Shown here piece after piece: positions 8,981 to 18,147 of a DNA stretch of 37,137 bases. Numbering within the stretch: position 1 is the first letter of the stretch; the number at the start of each line of letters is the position of its first letter. This stretch comes from a virus (Duplodnaviria; Heunggongvirae; Uroviricota; Caudoviricetes), in IMG/VR virus record IMGVR_UViG_2703718793_000014. One strand, given 5' to 3'. Position numbers and translations under genes: made by a program. A model generated the notes under the pieces. That model did not search any database and was not told the DNA's origin. It was given only the letters and a program-made list of their open reading frames with translations.

Positions 8981-9292
8981 ATGACGACACCAACCAGACG
9001 GATAAGTTTCTATCTGAAGCCCGCCGCCGTCAAGAACGAAGGCGAAGCATGCGCATGGCTGGACAGCCTTACACCAGAAGCCCGCAAAAGCGGCCAACGC
9101 GTGGCTTTTCTGGCCGGGCTGGCACTTCTGAAAATGAATCCGGCAGAGGCTTACCGACTGGCTGCATGGGCTGACGATGAGACGTTATCAGTGACACAAA
9201 CCAGGACAGAACGCCCCGAGTCACAGCCAGTACCAACCGCACAGATAACCAGTCAGATGGCCGGAAATATCAGGGCGTTATTTCCTGAATAA
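8981..9292 (+). CDS. ParR-like centromere-binding adaptor
   Basis: 103 aa; RRISFYLKP...LDSL...RVAFLAGLALLKMNP...IRALFPE parallels R1 ParR (ribbon-helix-helix N-terminus); AAGGAG Shine-Dalgarno; immediately downstream of the ParM-like gene. Confidence 0.65.
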   Translation: MTTPTRRISFYLKPAAVKNEGEACAWLDSLTPEARKSGQRVAFLAGLALLKMNPAEAYRLAAWADDETLSVTQTRTERPESQPVPTAQITSQMAGNIRALFPE

Positions 9293-9355
9293 CACAACAT
9301 CAGGGCGAGTTCGCCCTGCTCTCCACCTCAGAACATAAACAAGGAGAACGACATA

Positions 9356-9880
9356 ATGAGCGAAATCAACTATCAGGCATTACGTGAGGCAGCACAAAAC
9401 TATCAATCGACGCTGGCGTGGTATGAGGCCATCGCGGATAACCCAAATGCTGAGCAGGATTGTAACGAAGCAGTGGCGGCGTTTAAGCGTCAAATCCGTC
9501 ATCAGGAAATGGACATTATCGCCGAGCTGCTGGAAGAACTGGAAACCAAAGACAACAGGATCGCTGAACTGGAAAAAATCGCCACTGACCATGCACTTAA
9601 ATTCCAGAAAGCACAGGACGCATTAAAGCATGCCGCTTTGCTGCATAGCCGGACGGCGCAACAAACAAATAATTTTGCAGTATCGCTTCCGGACATAAGC
9701 GAATATTTCATTAATGACGTATTTCAGCCCTTGCGATACGAGCGGAATGTTGAAAGAGCCATCATAAAGGCTGGCGGAAAAGCATTGTGGCAGGAGAAAC
9801 ACGAGGACAGAACGCATCAGTCCTGCGATGTAAATTGTGGATGGTTTAGCCCACTGACGACAGATAAAAATAACACCTGA
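9356..9880 (+). CDS. Hypothetical coiled-coil protein (174 aa) in the replication-to-cos cargo island
   Basis: AAGGAG Shine-Dalgarno; N-terminal MSEINYQALREAA and a heptad-like acidic stretch; C-terminal Cys/His cluster HQSCDVNCGW. Function unknown. Confidence 0.55.
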   Translation: MSEINYQALREAAQNYQSTLAWYEAIADNPNAEQDCNEAVAAFKRQIRHQEMDIIAELLEELETKDNRIAELEKIATDHALKFQKAQDALKHAALLHSRTAQQTNNFAVSLPDISEYFINDVFQPLRYERNVERAIIKAGGKALWQEKHEDRTHQSCDVNCGWFSPLTTDKNNT

Positions 9881-9920
9881 TCTCCCTCAAACCAGGGCGA
9901 TAATCGCGCATCGCCCTGCT

Positions 9921-9946
9921 GCACAATAGTGCACAAATTTGCACAA
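9921..9946. repeat. Three GCACAA repeats phased at exactly 10 bp
   Basis: GCACAATAGT GCACAAATTT GCACAA starting at 9921, 9931 and 9941; helical phasing suggests a protein-binding array near the presumed packaging site. Confidence 0.4.
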
Positions 9947-10029
9947 TTTTTTTGAACGACTTTTTACCCTTCAGGCCCGCATGGCGGCTGGATCCGTCAA
10001 GGATCCGTGCATGCACAAAAAAACGCGTT

Positions 10030-10070
10030 TTTTCTGCGCGCAGGTGACGGGGGAACAGCCCGCGTTTCAG
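10030..10070. other. Putative cos (cohesive-end) region
   Basis: Non-coding stretch between the cargo island and portal Q, where P2-like genomes place cos; G-rich motif GGTGACGGGGGAACAGCCCGC loosely resembles P2/186 cohesive-end sequences. The exact site cannot be fixed by eye. Confidence 0.25.
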
Positions 10071-10370
10071 GGGGTAAATAGCATTCCCTGAACGATGTCG
10101 CAGAGATACAACAGAATGGCTGTATTTCTCACGCTGAGCGTGAAAAAGACGTGAGAGCTTTTGATTTGATGGGGTGAAAGGTAAGGCCGTCAAAATCGCA
10201 CTGAGACGGCGAGAACATGCAGTCAACGCGGTGGGATTGCGTAAGAGCCTGACTGTCGATGATGGCAATAAGCAGGAAAGCGTCGTGAAATTATCTGATT
10301 GATACAGGAGCTGGAGAGTCGGGGCATAAATTTTTTATGCCCCGGCGAAGCAGCAGACAAGCGAAGCGCG

Positions 10371-11417
10371 TCAGGATGTGGGCTGGGTGTCTAACAGTGC
10401 GTAAGGGTTAAAGCGGATCACCTCTTCGCCAAGCCAGTCATTGATGAGCTTCATGGCCTCCATGACGGGCATCAGCTCGTTAATTGCGTAAACCCGCGCG
10501 GCCTTCTCCACATCACCAAACGCACTTTTTTCGCCCGGCATCGCCCCCATCAGTTGCGGCGGAACTCGGTGCGCAGCCAGCACATCATCACGGGATGCCG
10601 CCTTAACATTCATGAACTCGTCCTTTGCGGTGATCTGCTGGAACGGCAAAATTTGCACCCCCTCTTTGCCCCCGTTGGGCGCATGGATGAGCACGTTTTT
10701 AAACGCACCACCACCACGCGCACCCTGTAACGTTTCTTTCAGGGAGTCCATGCTTTCGCGGTTTACCTGCGCTGCACCGATGTAGATGATGCACCCGGCG
10801 TGGGATCCATTGTCGTAATACAGTTTTCTGAACATGTCCGCCGAATGAGACAGGCTGGCCGAGAGTAATGCGCCAAGATATTCCGGCATGCCGTAAATTT
10901 CCTGGTTAATGTCCGGATTCATCAGGTGGCACACTTTGCCAGGGCGAAACTGAAACGCGTCCTTACCATCCTGCACATACCACCATGATTCAAGATCGCT
11001 TCCGCGTCGCATGTATTTCGCCAGTGCGTGCCGTAATTTAAGCGGTTCGCCGAGCATATTGCTTCGAAGCTCAAGGAATGCGTTACCGAACACAAACCAG
11101 TCCAGCGCCAGCGCCGAGAAATCCTGCCGGGAAAGCAGCGGGTGCGGGATGTAGCAACCGAGTAATACATTGCGCTTAAAGTAAAGCGCAGACTGATGCC
11201 AGGACGTTTGCCGGGCAGCTCTTGCCAGACCGTACCAGTCCACCGGGGTTTCATACCACCGCCCGTTATCAGCACAGTACATATTGTCCAGCAGGTCATG
11301 CCCGGTCAGGCGATAAGGACCATCAAATGTGAATGCACTGAGCGATGATTCTTTCCTGAGCGCATCAGCGAGATCAATGCGTGAACTCATGCGCACTTTT
11401 TTATTTTTTCTGCTCAT
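10371..11417 (-). CDS. Q: Portal protein (P2 gpQ family)
   Basis: 348 aa; leftward, overlapping the terminase ATPase gene by one base and divergent from the O-N-M-L capsid genes, as in P2; translation consistent with the P2 portal family. Confidence 0.85.
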   Translation of the reverse strand: MSRKNKKVRMSSRIDLADALRKESSLSAFTFDGPYRLTGHDLLDNMYCADNGRWYETPVDWYGLARAARQTSWHQSALYFKRNVLLGCYIPHPLLSRQDFSALALDWFVFGNAFLELRSNMLGEPLKLRHALAKYMRRGSDLESWWYVQDGKDAFQFRPGKVCHLMNPDINQEIYGMPEYLGALLSASLSHSADMFRKLYYDNGSHAGCIIYIGAAQVNRESMDSLKETLQGARGGGAFKNVLIHAPNGGKEGVQILPFQQITAKDEFMNVKAASRDDVLAAHRVPPQLMGAMPGEKSAFGDVEKAARVYAINELMPVMEAMKLINDWLGEEVIRFNPYALLDTQPTS

Positions 11418-13168
11418 CAGAACTCCATAACCGTGAAACGCTCGTTTTCTCCTTCGCCGCCAATCGGTTCGTTAATGACAGCAAGCATGGTTGCCCACGC
11501 AAGGTCGCCGTGGCTGATCCCCCTCGCGCGGTCCGTTTCGTAAGTGATAAAGCCGCCCGGTGTTTTCACCTTACGCACGGCGTTAAAGGCCGCGACCAGC
11601 TCGCGTTCGGCGCGATCGTATTCCCACCGCCCGGCACGCATTATTTGCAGCATTTTCAGTACCAGCGACCGTTTTGATGACAGCGTGAAGGTGTACGGAA
11701 TAGCGGCAGGGAAAAACCGTTTCACTATCTGATAAACAGCCTCCCCGTTCCCGCCCGTCACATCAATGCCGATGTGTTCCACGTTGTAGCGACACGTGAA
11801 CTCTTCAATGACTCTGGCCTGTTCTTCAAACTCCAGCCCCTGAACGCGTCGCGTCTCCACCGTTCGAAAACGGCCACCAGGAACAGCCGGAGGAACCACC
11901 ACGGACACAGCGCCGCTGTCGCCGTTGCCACTGCTGCCGTTTGCGTCATACCCAATCCATACCGGGCGATTCCCCATCGGGCGGGGAGCAAAAGGTTTCC
12001 AGTCTTTCCAGTCGTCGTATCCGTCAACACCACAGCCAATCAGGATATTCAGGTTAAATGCCGATTCCCCTTCGCGGACAAATTCACACATATAGAGATT
12101 GAGGAACTCGTCTTCGGTGTTTTCATCACGAATTTCGTCGATATCGGTGTGTTTCCAGCCATGATTAACCACATCTTCCAGCGTGACAATTTGCCGCCAC
12201 GTCCGGTCAGGGCAGATAAGCCCGTGATGCAGCGTTTTCCAGTCCACAGAAAAACGCTGGCGTTTATGCGTGGCCTTTTTCTCGTTCCAGCGGTCGCCGT
12301 TCCAGTAGGCGTATGCCTCGTGCGTTTCGGTGGATGGCGTGGAGAAGTAGGTGCGCCGCAGTCCGCTGAGGGTTGCCATAGCGCCAGCCACCTTGCGCAG
12401 TTCAGCAAAGCGACTGACCCAGAAAAATTCATCAAAATAAAAATTGCCCGTATAGGACTGTGCCGACGCAGCAGAAGTGCCGAGAAAATGCAGCTCTGCG
12501 CCGTTGGAGAGGATGATTTTATCGCCCCCTTTCAGCTCCACATCAACTTCAGCCGCGGCCTTCTGAATAATGCTTTTAAACTGGAACGCCTGACGACGCG
12601 ACGCAGACAAAAAAATCTGGTTACGCTGGTAAGGTTGCGCCACATCGTCACGCAGCGCCATCAGCAGCGCTTCCTGTGCAAAATACCAGGTCGCCCCAAT
12701 CTGTCGGGATTTCAGGATCATCCTGTTACGTATCCCTGCTTCCCTGCAAAGGGTCAGGGAGTCAAACCAGCCCCGCTGATGCCACTCCAGCCTGCTGATG
12801 ATTTTTTCACGCAGTGCGGCAATCTGTTCCGGCGTGAAATGATTTTTAAGCTTTTTCGCCCGGCCTTTCTTTCCTGTGGCCGTCGCATCCGGCTGGCCAT
12901 CATGCAGTTTTTTAAGCTGCCGGGTCAGCAGGTCTATTTCCTTGAAGTCACCACCTGTTTTATTCTGTTTTTCAGTGAGCTGGATGAGGCGCGCATCGAT
13001 GGACTGCGTGACACGCTGCACGGGTGGCGTTTCATCCCACTGGTCGCGTTTTTTCCACGCATAAATCGTGTTCGGGTTTATTCCCATCAGACGTGATATT
13101 TCTGCGGGCGGATAACCCTGCCAGTAAAGTTGCCGCGCACGCTGGCGCACAAAAGCGTCCTGAATCAT
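11417..13168 (-). CDS. P: Terminase ATPase (large) subunit (P2 gpP family)
   Basis: 583 aa; Walker-A-like segment KSRQIGATWYFAQEA and a C-terminal nuclease region; co-oriented with the portal gene. Confidence 0.88.
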   Translation of the reverse strand: MIQDAFVRQRARQLYWQGYPPAEISRLMGINPNTIYAWKKRDQWDETPPVQRVTQSIDARLIQLTEKQNKTGGDFKEIDLLTRQLKKLHDGQPDATATGKKGRAKKLKNHFTPEQIAALREKIISRLEWHQRGWFDSLTLCREAGIRNRMILKSRQIGATWYFAQEALLMALRDDVAQPYQRNQIFLSASRRQAFQFKSIIQKAAAEVDVELKGGDKIILSNGAELHFLGTSAASAQSYTGNFYFDEFFWVSRFAELRKVAGAMATLSGLRRTYFSTPSTETHEAYAYWNGDRWNEKKATHKRQRFSVDWKTLHHGLICPDRTWRQIVTLEDVVNHGWKHTDIDEIRDENTEDEFLNLYMCEFVREGESAFNLNILIGCGVDGYDDWKDWKPFAPRPMGNRPVWIGYDANGSSGNGDSGAVSVVVPPAVPGGRFRTVETRRVQGLEFEEQARVIEEFTCRYNVEHIGIDVTGGNGEAVYQIVKRFFPAAIPYTFTLSSKRSLVLKMLQIMRAGRWEYDRAERELVAAFNAVRKVKTPGGFITYETDRARGISHGDLAWATMLAVINEPIGGEGENERFTVMEF

Positions 13169-13322
13169 TGCTCCCCCTGAGTAATTACAGGAAGATTACC
13201 CGCGCGCGAAACTGTTCTCCTTAACCCCCTGTTCTGGCTGTTTTCTTACAACAAAAGCCCTTTGTATCAGCCTGTTACGCTTTGCCATCATGACTGAAGA
13301 ACCAGTCAGAGGGGCAAAAACT

Positions 13323-14159
13323 ATGGCTAATGAAAAAAAGACATCCCGCAAAAAGTTTCGCGTGGCTGTCTCCGGATCAACTGTTGATGGCCGCGAAATC
13401 AGCCCGGTACATCTGCGTGAAGCCGCCGAGAACTTCAACCCGGATGTTTACGCTGCCCGCGTGAACGTTGAGCACTATCTCTCGCCATGCCCGTCAAGCG
13501 AATTTTCCGCAATGGGCGATGTCACCGCGCTGAGTACGGAAGATATTACGGAAGGCCCGCTGGCCGGACGTACTGCGCTGTATGCAGAAATCGAACCGAC
13601 CGAGCGCATGAAGCAGCTTGTCGCTGACGGCAAGAAAATCTATTCCAGTATCGAACTGCACCCGCAGTTCTCCGTTAACGGGCGCGCCTATCTGGTCGGG
13701 CTGGCGATGACCGACACCCCGGCAAGCCTGGGCACTGAGCGCCTGAAATTCACGGCACAGCAACGTCAGGCGGTAATGACGTTCAACAGTGTCCAGGGTG
13801 AAGCGCCGCTTATCTCCGAAGCCATCGAGTCTGAAATCATCGAAATGGCAGAACAACGCCAGGAAGAAGGCACCCAGTGGTTTAACCGCGTAATGGGGAT
13901 TATTGGCCGTGGCCGCAAAGCGGATGACGCCAGTTTTTCCCGTATTCAGGAAGCGGTGGAAGGCGTCGCAACGTCACAGGCCGACATTATCGACCGTTTT
14001 AATGTGCTGGAAACCCGCCATCAGCAGGACCGCCAGAAAATCACGTCACTGACCACAGAGCTGACAGCACTGAAGGAAAAACTGCGCACGCAGGACGGCG
14101 ATCCGCAGAACCGCTTCACCGCAACGGGCGCAGCCTCCGACCAGCTGGCTGACTTCTGA
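13323..14159 (+). CDS. O: Capsid scaffolding protein (P2 gpO family)
   Basis: Start taken at MANEKKTSRKKFRVAVSG (internal ATG of the 13290 ORF, GAGGGG upstream); the N-terminal pattern resembles gpO; first gene of the rightward capsid operon. Confidence 0.8.
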   Translation: MANEKKTSRKKFRVAVSGSTVDGREISPVHLREAAENFNPDVYAARVNVEHYLSPCPSSEFSAMGDVTALSTEDITEGPLAGRTALYAEIEPTERMKQLVADGKKIYSSIELHPQFSVNGRAYLVGLAMTDTPASLGTERLKFTAQQRQAVMTFNSVQGEAPLISEAIESEIIEMAEQRQEEGTQWFNRVMGIIGRGRKADDASFSRIQEAVEGVATSQADIIDRFNVLETRHQQDRQKITSLTTELTALKEKLRTQDGDPQNRFTATGAASDQLADF

Positions 14160-14181
14160 TAAGACAAAGGAGCAAATTTTT

Positions 14182-15234
14182 ATGAATCTGGTGATGTCAG
14201 ATATTACCCGCAACAAGCTGGGTTGCTATATGGCGCAGCAGGCGTCGCTTAACAATATCCCGGTATCTGCACTGGTATCGCGATTTACCGTAGAACCCTC
14301 GGTGCAGCAGCGTTTTGAAAACGCAGTAAAGGAGAGCACTGAATTTACAAAAAAAATTAACGTGTTCGGTGTGACTGACCAGAAAGGCGAAAAAATCCTC
14401 CTGGACACCACCGGGCCGATTGCGCGCACGAATACCAGTTATGACGGCACAAAACGCCGTAACCCGAATAACGTGGTTGATCTGAAAAACCGCAAATACC
14501 AGTGCGAACAGGTGAACTACGACACGTTTATTTCGTATCCGCAGCTTGATGCCTGGGCGGCACACCCTGATTTTCAGTCCCGCGTCAGCACACAGATTGC
14601 CCGGCAGGTGGCGCTTGACCGCATCATGATCGGTTTCAACGGCACGTCTCACGCAGATGAGTCCAACTTCAGCACTAACAAGCTGCTTCAGGACGTTAAC
14701 GTGGGATGGCTGGAGCACATCAGAACCGACGCCAGCGAGCGCGTTATGAATGATGTAACGCTGACCTCCCGCAACATGGACAACACCGTGGCGCACGCGG
14801 GTAAGTATGCGAACGCTGATGCACTGGTACAGGACGCGCGCTCATCCCTGCTGGATGAATGGCACAAGGAAGCTGACGACCTCGTGGTGATTATGGGGCG
14901 CAACCTGTTTAACTCGCTGCGTCTGCCCGTGCTGAACAGCATCAGCGGCCAGAATCCCAATGCGGAATTACTTGCCGGACAGCTCATCCTGTCATCGCGC
15001 GCCATTGGCGGGCTGGATGTATTCCTTGCGCCGTTCTTCCCGGATGCAACGATGCTGATCACCTCGTTCAACAACCTGTCGATTTACTGGCAGAAAGGAA
15101 CAATGCGTCGCCTGATGAAAGACGAGCCGGAATACAACCGCATCGCCACCTACCAGTCCATCAATGACGCTTATGTCGTTGAAGACTATGGCAAGTGCGC
15201 GATGGTCACTGGCCTGAAGTTCGCCGACAGCTAA
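14182..15234 (+). CDS. N: Major capsid protein (P2 gpN family)
   Basis: 350 aa; AAGGAG Shine-Dalgarno; segment RFTVEPSVQQ...GEKI resembles gpN; positioned between the scaffold and terminase small subunit genes. Confidence 0.88.
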   Translation: MNLVMSDITRNKLGCYMAQQASLNNIPVSALVSRFTVEPSVQQRFENAVKESTEFTKKINVFGVTDQKGEKILLDTTGPIARTNTSYDGTKRRNPNNVVDLKNRKYQCEQVNYDTFISYPQLDAWAAHPDFQSRVSTQIARQVALDRIMIGFNGTSHADESNFSTNKLLQDVNVGWLEHIRTDASERVMNDVTLTSRNMDNTVAHAGKYANADALVQDARSSLLDEWHKEADDLVVIMGRNLFNSLRLPVLNSISGQNPNAELLAGQLILSSRAIGGLDVFLAPFFPDATMLITSFNNLSIYWQKGTMRRLMKDEPEYNRIATYQSINDAYVVEDYGKCAMVTGLKFADS

Positions 15235-15279
15235 TCAACTCACGGCGGGCATCATACCCGCCTGTAACGGAGAGAAAAA

Positions 15280-16080
15280 ATGATTACTCCTGCACAGCAA
15301 CACTGGCAGAACGTGATGGCACAGCGCGCAGGCCGGGCGAATGAAGGCGTGGACCACGCCGCGCGTACCGCGCATGAAGAGGTGCTGTATCGTCTGCGTC
15401 TGGCACAGGCCCGGCTTAAGGGCGTACAGGCCAGAAGCGCGAAAGCCGCCATCAAAAAAGAGTTGTTGCCGGACTTTTCCGGCTGGATTGAGGGAACGCT
15501 GGAGGCTGACGGCGGGCAGCAGGATGAAGTGATTGCCACGCTGATGGTGTGGGCGATTGACTGCGGCGATCTTCCGCTGGCGCTGCGTATTGGTGCGTAT
15601 GTGGTCCGTCACAACCTCATCATGCCGGATAACTTTGGCCGTACTGCTGCCACGGTACTGACCGAAGAAATCTGTAATCCGGTACTGACGCAGGCCGGGA
15701 CGGATGCCGACGCGGATTTGTCCGCCTTTATCGAACCACTGGACACCCTCCGGGAGATTGTCACCGACCAGGACATGCCGGACGAAGTGCGCGCCAAATT
15801 ATGCAAAGCGTGCGCCTTTGCCCGCCGTGGCCTGAGTGATGCGGACAGCATGGCCCTGTCACTGAAGCTGCTGCGCGAAGCAATGCACCTGAACCCGAAC
15901 GCAGGTGTGAAACGCGAGATTGCAACCCTTTCCCGCGCCCTGAAAAAAGCCGATTCCGCAGCCGCACCAGAAGACGCCAGCGCACAGCAGACGCAGGACG
16001 AAAGCAGCAAAAGTAAAAAGACAACGCGGAAGCCTGCAACACGAAAAACCACCGCGACGCAGAAGGCGAAGCGCGGTTAA
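15280..16080 (+). CDS. M: Terminase endonuclease (small) subunit (P2 gpM family)
   Basis: 266 aa; position after N and a basic K/R-rich C-terminal tail are typical of gpM. Confidence 0.8.
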   Translation: MITPAQQHWQNVMAQRAGRANEGVDHAARTAHEEVLYRLRLAQARLKGVQARSAKAAIKKELLPDFSGWIEGTLEADGGQQDEVIATLMVWAIDCGDLPLALRIGAYVVRHNLIMPDNFGRTAATVLTEEICNPVLTQAGTDADADLSAFIEPLDTLREIVTDQDMPDEVRAKLCKACAFARRGLSDADSMALSLKLLREAMHLNPNAGVKREIATLSRALKKADSAAAPEDASAQQTQDESSKSKKTTRKPATRKTTATQKAKRG

Positions 16081-16182
16081 CGACTGACCCCGTCAGCGGG
16101 CGGCGTGCGCGGTGTTCCGGTTTGACTCCGTGACCGTTTACACCGCGCACCCACCGCCCGATTTTTTTCAGGAGTGAACCCC

Positions 16183-16677
16183 ATGAGTATGGTTGCCAGA
16201 ACTGAACCCGGACCCGCAGAGGACGACATCACCGATACCGATGATGGCGATACCCGCATTTCAGCGGGTGCATTCTGGCCGGATATTGTGCTGCGCGAGC
16301 TGCGTCTGGCGGTACGACTGCCGGGCCGCGTGACCACCTCCCGCCTGCTGCATACTGCCACCGGGGCTGTGGCACACGTTACCCGCGAGCTGGAAGCATG
16401 GCAGCAGGAACAGCAGGCAGCTGGCCATCAGACGCTGGCCGATGTTCCGGCACCCGTAATTAACGGAGAAAGCGTCAATCTCTGGCACTGGCGCAATGCT
16501 GTTTATACCGCCACGCGCGCCCTGATTCTGGAGCGTTACCGCGATGCGGACACAACGGACAAGGGCGACCGCCGGGCGGACGCACTGGATATACAGACAT
16601 CGGATTTGTGGCGCGATGTGAGCTGGGCCATCTCTGACATTCTGTGCCGCCCGCGAATCTTTGCGGAATTGTGCTGA
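16183..16677 (+). CDS. L: Head completion/stabilisation protein (P2 gpL family)
   Basis: Start at ATG 16183 (AGGAG 9 nt upstream); the track ORF begins at GTG 16174; stop overlaps the X start (ATGA). Confidence 0.8.
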   Translation: MSMVARTEPGPAEDDITDTDDGDTRISAGAFWPDIVLRELRLAVRLPGRVTTSRLLHTATGAVAHVTRELEAWQQEQQAAGHQTLADVPAPVINGESVNLWHWRNAVYTATRALILERYRDADTTDKGDRRADALDIQTSDLWRDVSWAISDILCRPRIFAELC

Positions 16678-16877
16678 TGAAAGTGAAGGCACTGGAAGGC
16701 GACACCGTGGATTCGCTCTGTTTCCGGTACTACGGCACGACGCAGGGCGTCACCGAAAAGGTGCTGGATGCCAACCCCGGACTCTGTCAGCAGGTATTTC
16801 TGAACGCCGGGCAGGAAGTGGAGATGCCGGAGCCGGAGAAGAAGAAACGAGAAATGATTCAGTTGTGGGGGGAGTAG
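16677..16877 (+). CDS. X: Tail protein X (P2 gpX family, LysM-like)
   Basis: 66 aa from internal ATG MKVKALEGDTVDSLCFRYYG...ANPGL; pattern matches gpX. Confidence 0.8.
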   Translation: MKVKALEGDTVDSLCFRYYGTTQGVTEKVLDANPGLCQQVFLNAGQEVEMPEPEKKKREMIQLWGE

Positions 16878-16879
16878 CA

Positions 16880-17203
16880 GTGAGCACCATTCAAACAGGG
16901 ATCACAGAGCAGGTTATTGCGTGGCTCTTTGACCACCTGCCAACGGTGTATGCAGTAGGCGCGGCGGTCAGCATTTCCGCGCTGATGAGTCTTTATGACG
17001 GACGAACACTGGTTCAGACCGTAACGGGATCGCTGGCGTGCGGCGTTCTTGCCATGGCCGTGGCCGGGTCGTTGCGCTTCTTCGGGTTTCCTGAAGATGC
17101 CGTGACGTTTATCGGCGCATCAATCGGTTTTATGGGGGCAGAGAAAGCACGCGACAAGGTTATTGCGGCCTTTAATCGCAGGGTGAAGGAGAAGGACGAA
17201 TGA
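16880..17203 (+). CDS. Holin-like membrane protein
   Basis: About 107 aa from GTG 16880 (start uncertain); three hydrophobic segments and a charged C-terminal tail; positioned just before the endolysin gene. Confidence 0.55.
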   Translation: MSTIQTGITEQVIAWLFDHLPTVYAVGAAVSISALMSLYDGRTLVQTVTGSLACGVLAMAVAGSLRFFGFPEDAVTFIGASIGFMGAEKARDKVIAAFNRRVKEKDE

Positions 17204-17592
17204 GCAACACATTTAAATTCAGCAGCCGGAGCGAAAAGAATTTGCAGGGCGTAAATCCTGATCTGGTGAAAGTGACCCGACGGGCACTGGAAATCTCGGA
17301 AGTGGATTTTGGTATCACCGAAGGGTTGCGCAGCCGTTACCGCCAGAAGCAACTGGTGGCCACGGGTAAGAGCCAGACCATGAACAGCCGCCACCTTACG
17401 GGACATGCCGTGGATGTTGTGGCTTATATCGGCAGCCAGGTGTCATGGGAATGGCCGCTGTACGAAAAAATCGCAGCAGCATTCAGACAGGCCAGCCGGG
17501 AACTGAATATTCCGGTGGAATGGGGAGGCGACTGGAAGACTCTGAAAGACGGACCGCATTTTCAGTTACCACACGGAGCCTATCCGGCATGA
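17200..17592 (+). CDS. Endolysin, peptidase M15 family (L-alanyl-D-glutamate peptidase type)
   Basis: 130 aa; zinc-binding motif SRHLTGHAVDVVAY and C-terminal DGPHFQL are typical of M15 peptidase endolysins; not the lysozyme fold of P2 K. Confidence 0.8.
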   Translation: MSNTFKFSSRSEKNLQGVNPDLVKVTRRALEISEVDFGITEGLRSRYRQKQLVATGKSQTMNSRHLTGHAVDVVAYIGSQVSWEWPLYEKIAAAFRQASRELNIPVEWGGDWKTLKDGPHFQLPHGAYPA

Positions 17593-17996
17593 AGCTCTGG
17601 CCCACGCTTGGCGTCGCTTTCCTTCTGATTGCCGGATGGGGAACATCCATGCGTCTGTCGTGGTCGCTGGGCCGGGAGAACGCCAGAAACGAAGCGCAGG
17701 CCAGCACCCTGAAAAGTACCGCCGACACCCTGAATATCATCAGCGCCGGGGTACAGGATATGCAGCAGGTGCTGGCGCAACTCCGCGTGGAAAATCAGCA
17801 ACGCAATCAGGACGGAGAGGTAAGACGTGAACAGCTACGCAACGATATTGCAAAAGATGAATGCGCCCACGCTTTGCCTGACGCTCGTTTTACTGACAGG
17901 CTGCGCAGGCACGCAGAACGCGCCACTGCCAGCGCCGTCAGTCCGGCTTATACCGCAGACGCTGACCATACCGGTAACGCCTCCCCCCTTCCCTGA
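17589..17996 (+). CDS. Rz-like inner-membrane spanin (LysB-like)
   Basis: Start MKLWPTLGVAFLLIAGWG (N-terminal TM) overlapping the endolysin stop (ATGA); coiled-coil periplasmic domain. Confidence 0.75.
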   Translation: MKLWPTLGVAFLLIAGWGTSMRLSWSLGRENARNEAQASTLKSTADTLNIISAGVQDMQQVLAQLRVENQQRNQDGEVRREQLRNDIAKDECAHALPDARFTDRLRRHAERATASAVSPAYTADADHTGNASPLP

Positions 17997-18147
17997 TACT
18001 CCCACATGGGGAAATCTCGGTATATGGGGCGACCGCCTTCTGGATGCACTGGAAACCTGTAACGCGGATAAACGGGCCATTGAATTACTGGAACAGCGCA
18101 GGCTGCAACGACTGAACAACGAGGATAACAACCATGCTGAAAACTGA
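17857..18147 (+). CDS. Rz1-like outer-membrane lipoprotein spanin (LysC-like)
   Basis: Begins embedded in the Rz-like gene in another frame; signal peptide with lipobox LLTGC; proline-rich. Start codon uncertain (17827 or 17857). Confidence 0.65.
   Translation: MNAPTLCLTLVLLTGCAGTQNAPLPAPSVRLIPQTLTIPVTPPPFPDTPTWGNLGIWGDRLLDALETCNADKRAIELLEQRRLQRLNNEDNNHAEN

Noticed and set aside
9846-10268. 140-codon minus-strand ORF in the cos-proximal region
   Set aside because: Lies in the repeat-rich non-coding region between the cargo island and portal; no ribosome-binding site; unlikely translation.
11774-13096. 440-codon plus-strand ORF
   Set aside because: Antisense shadow of terminase gene P; no independent support.
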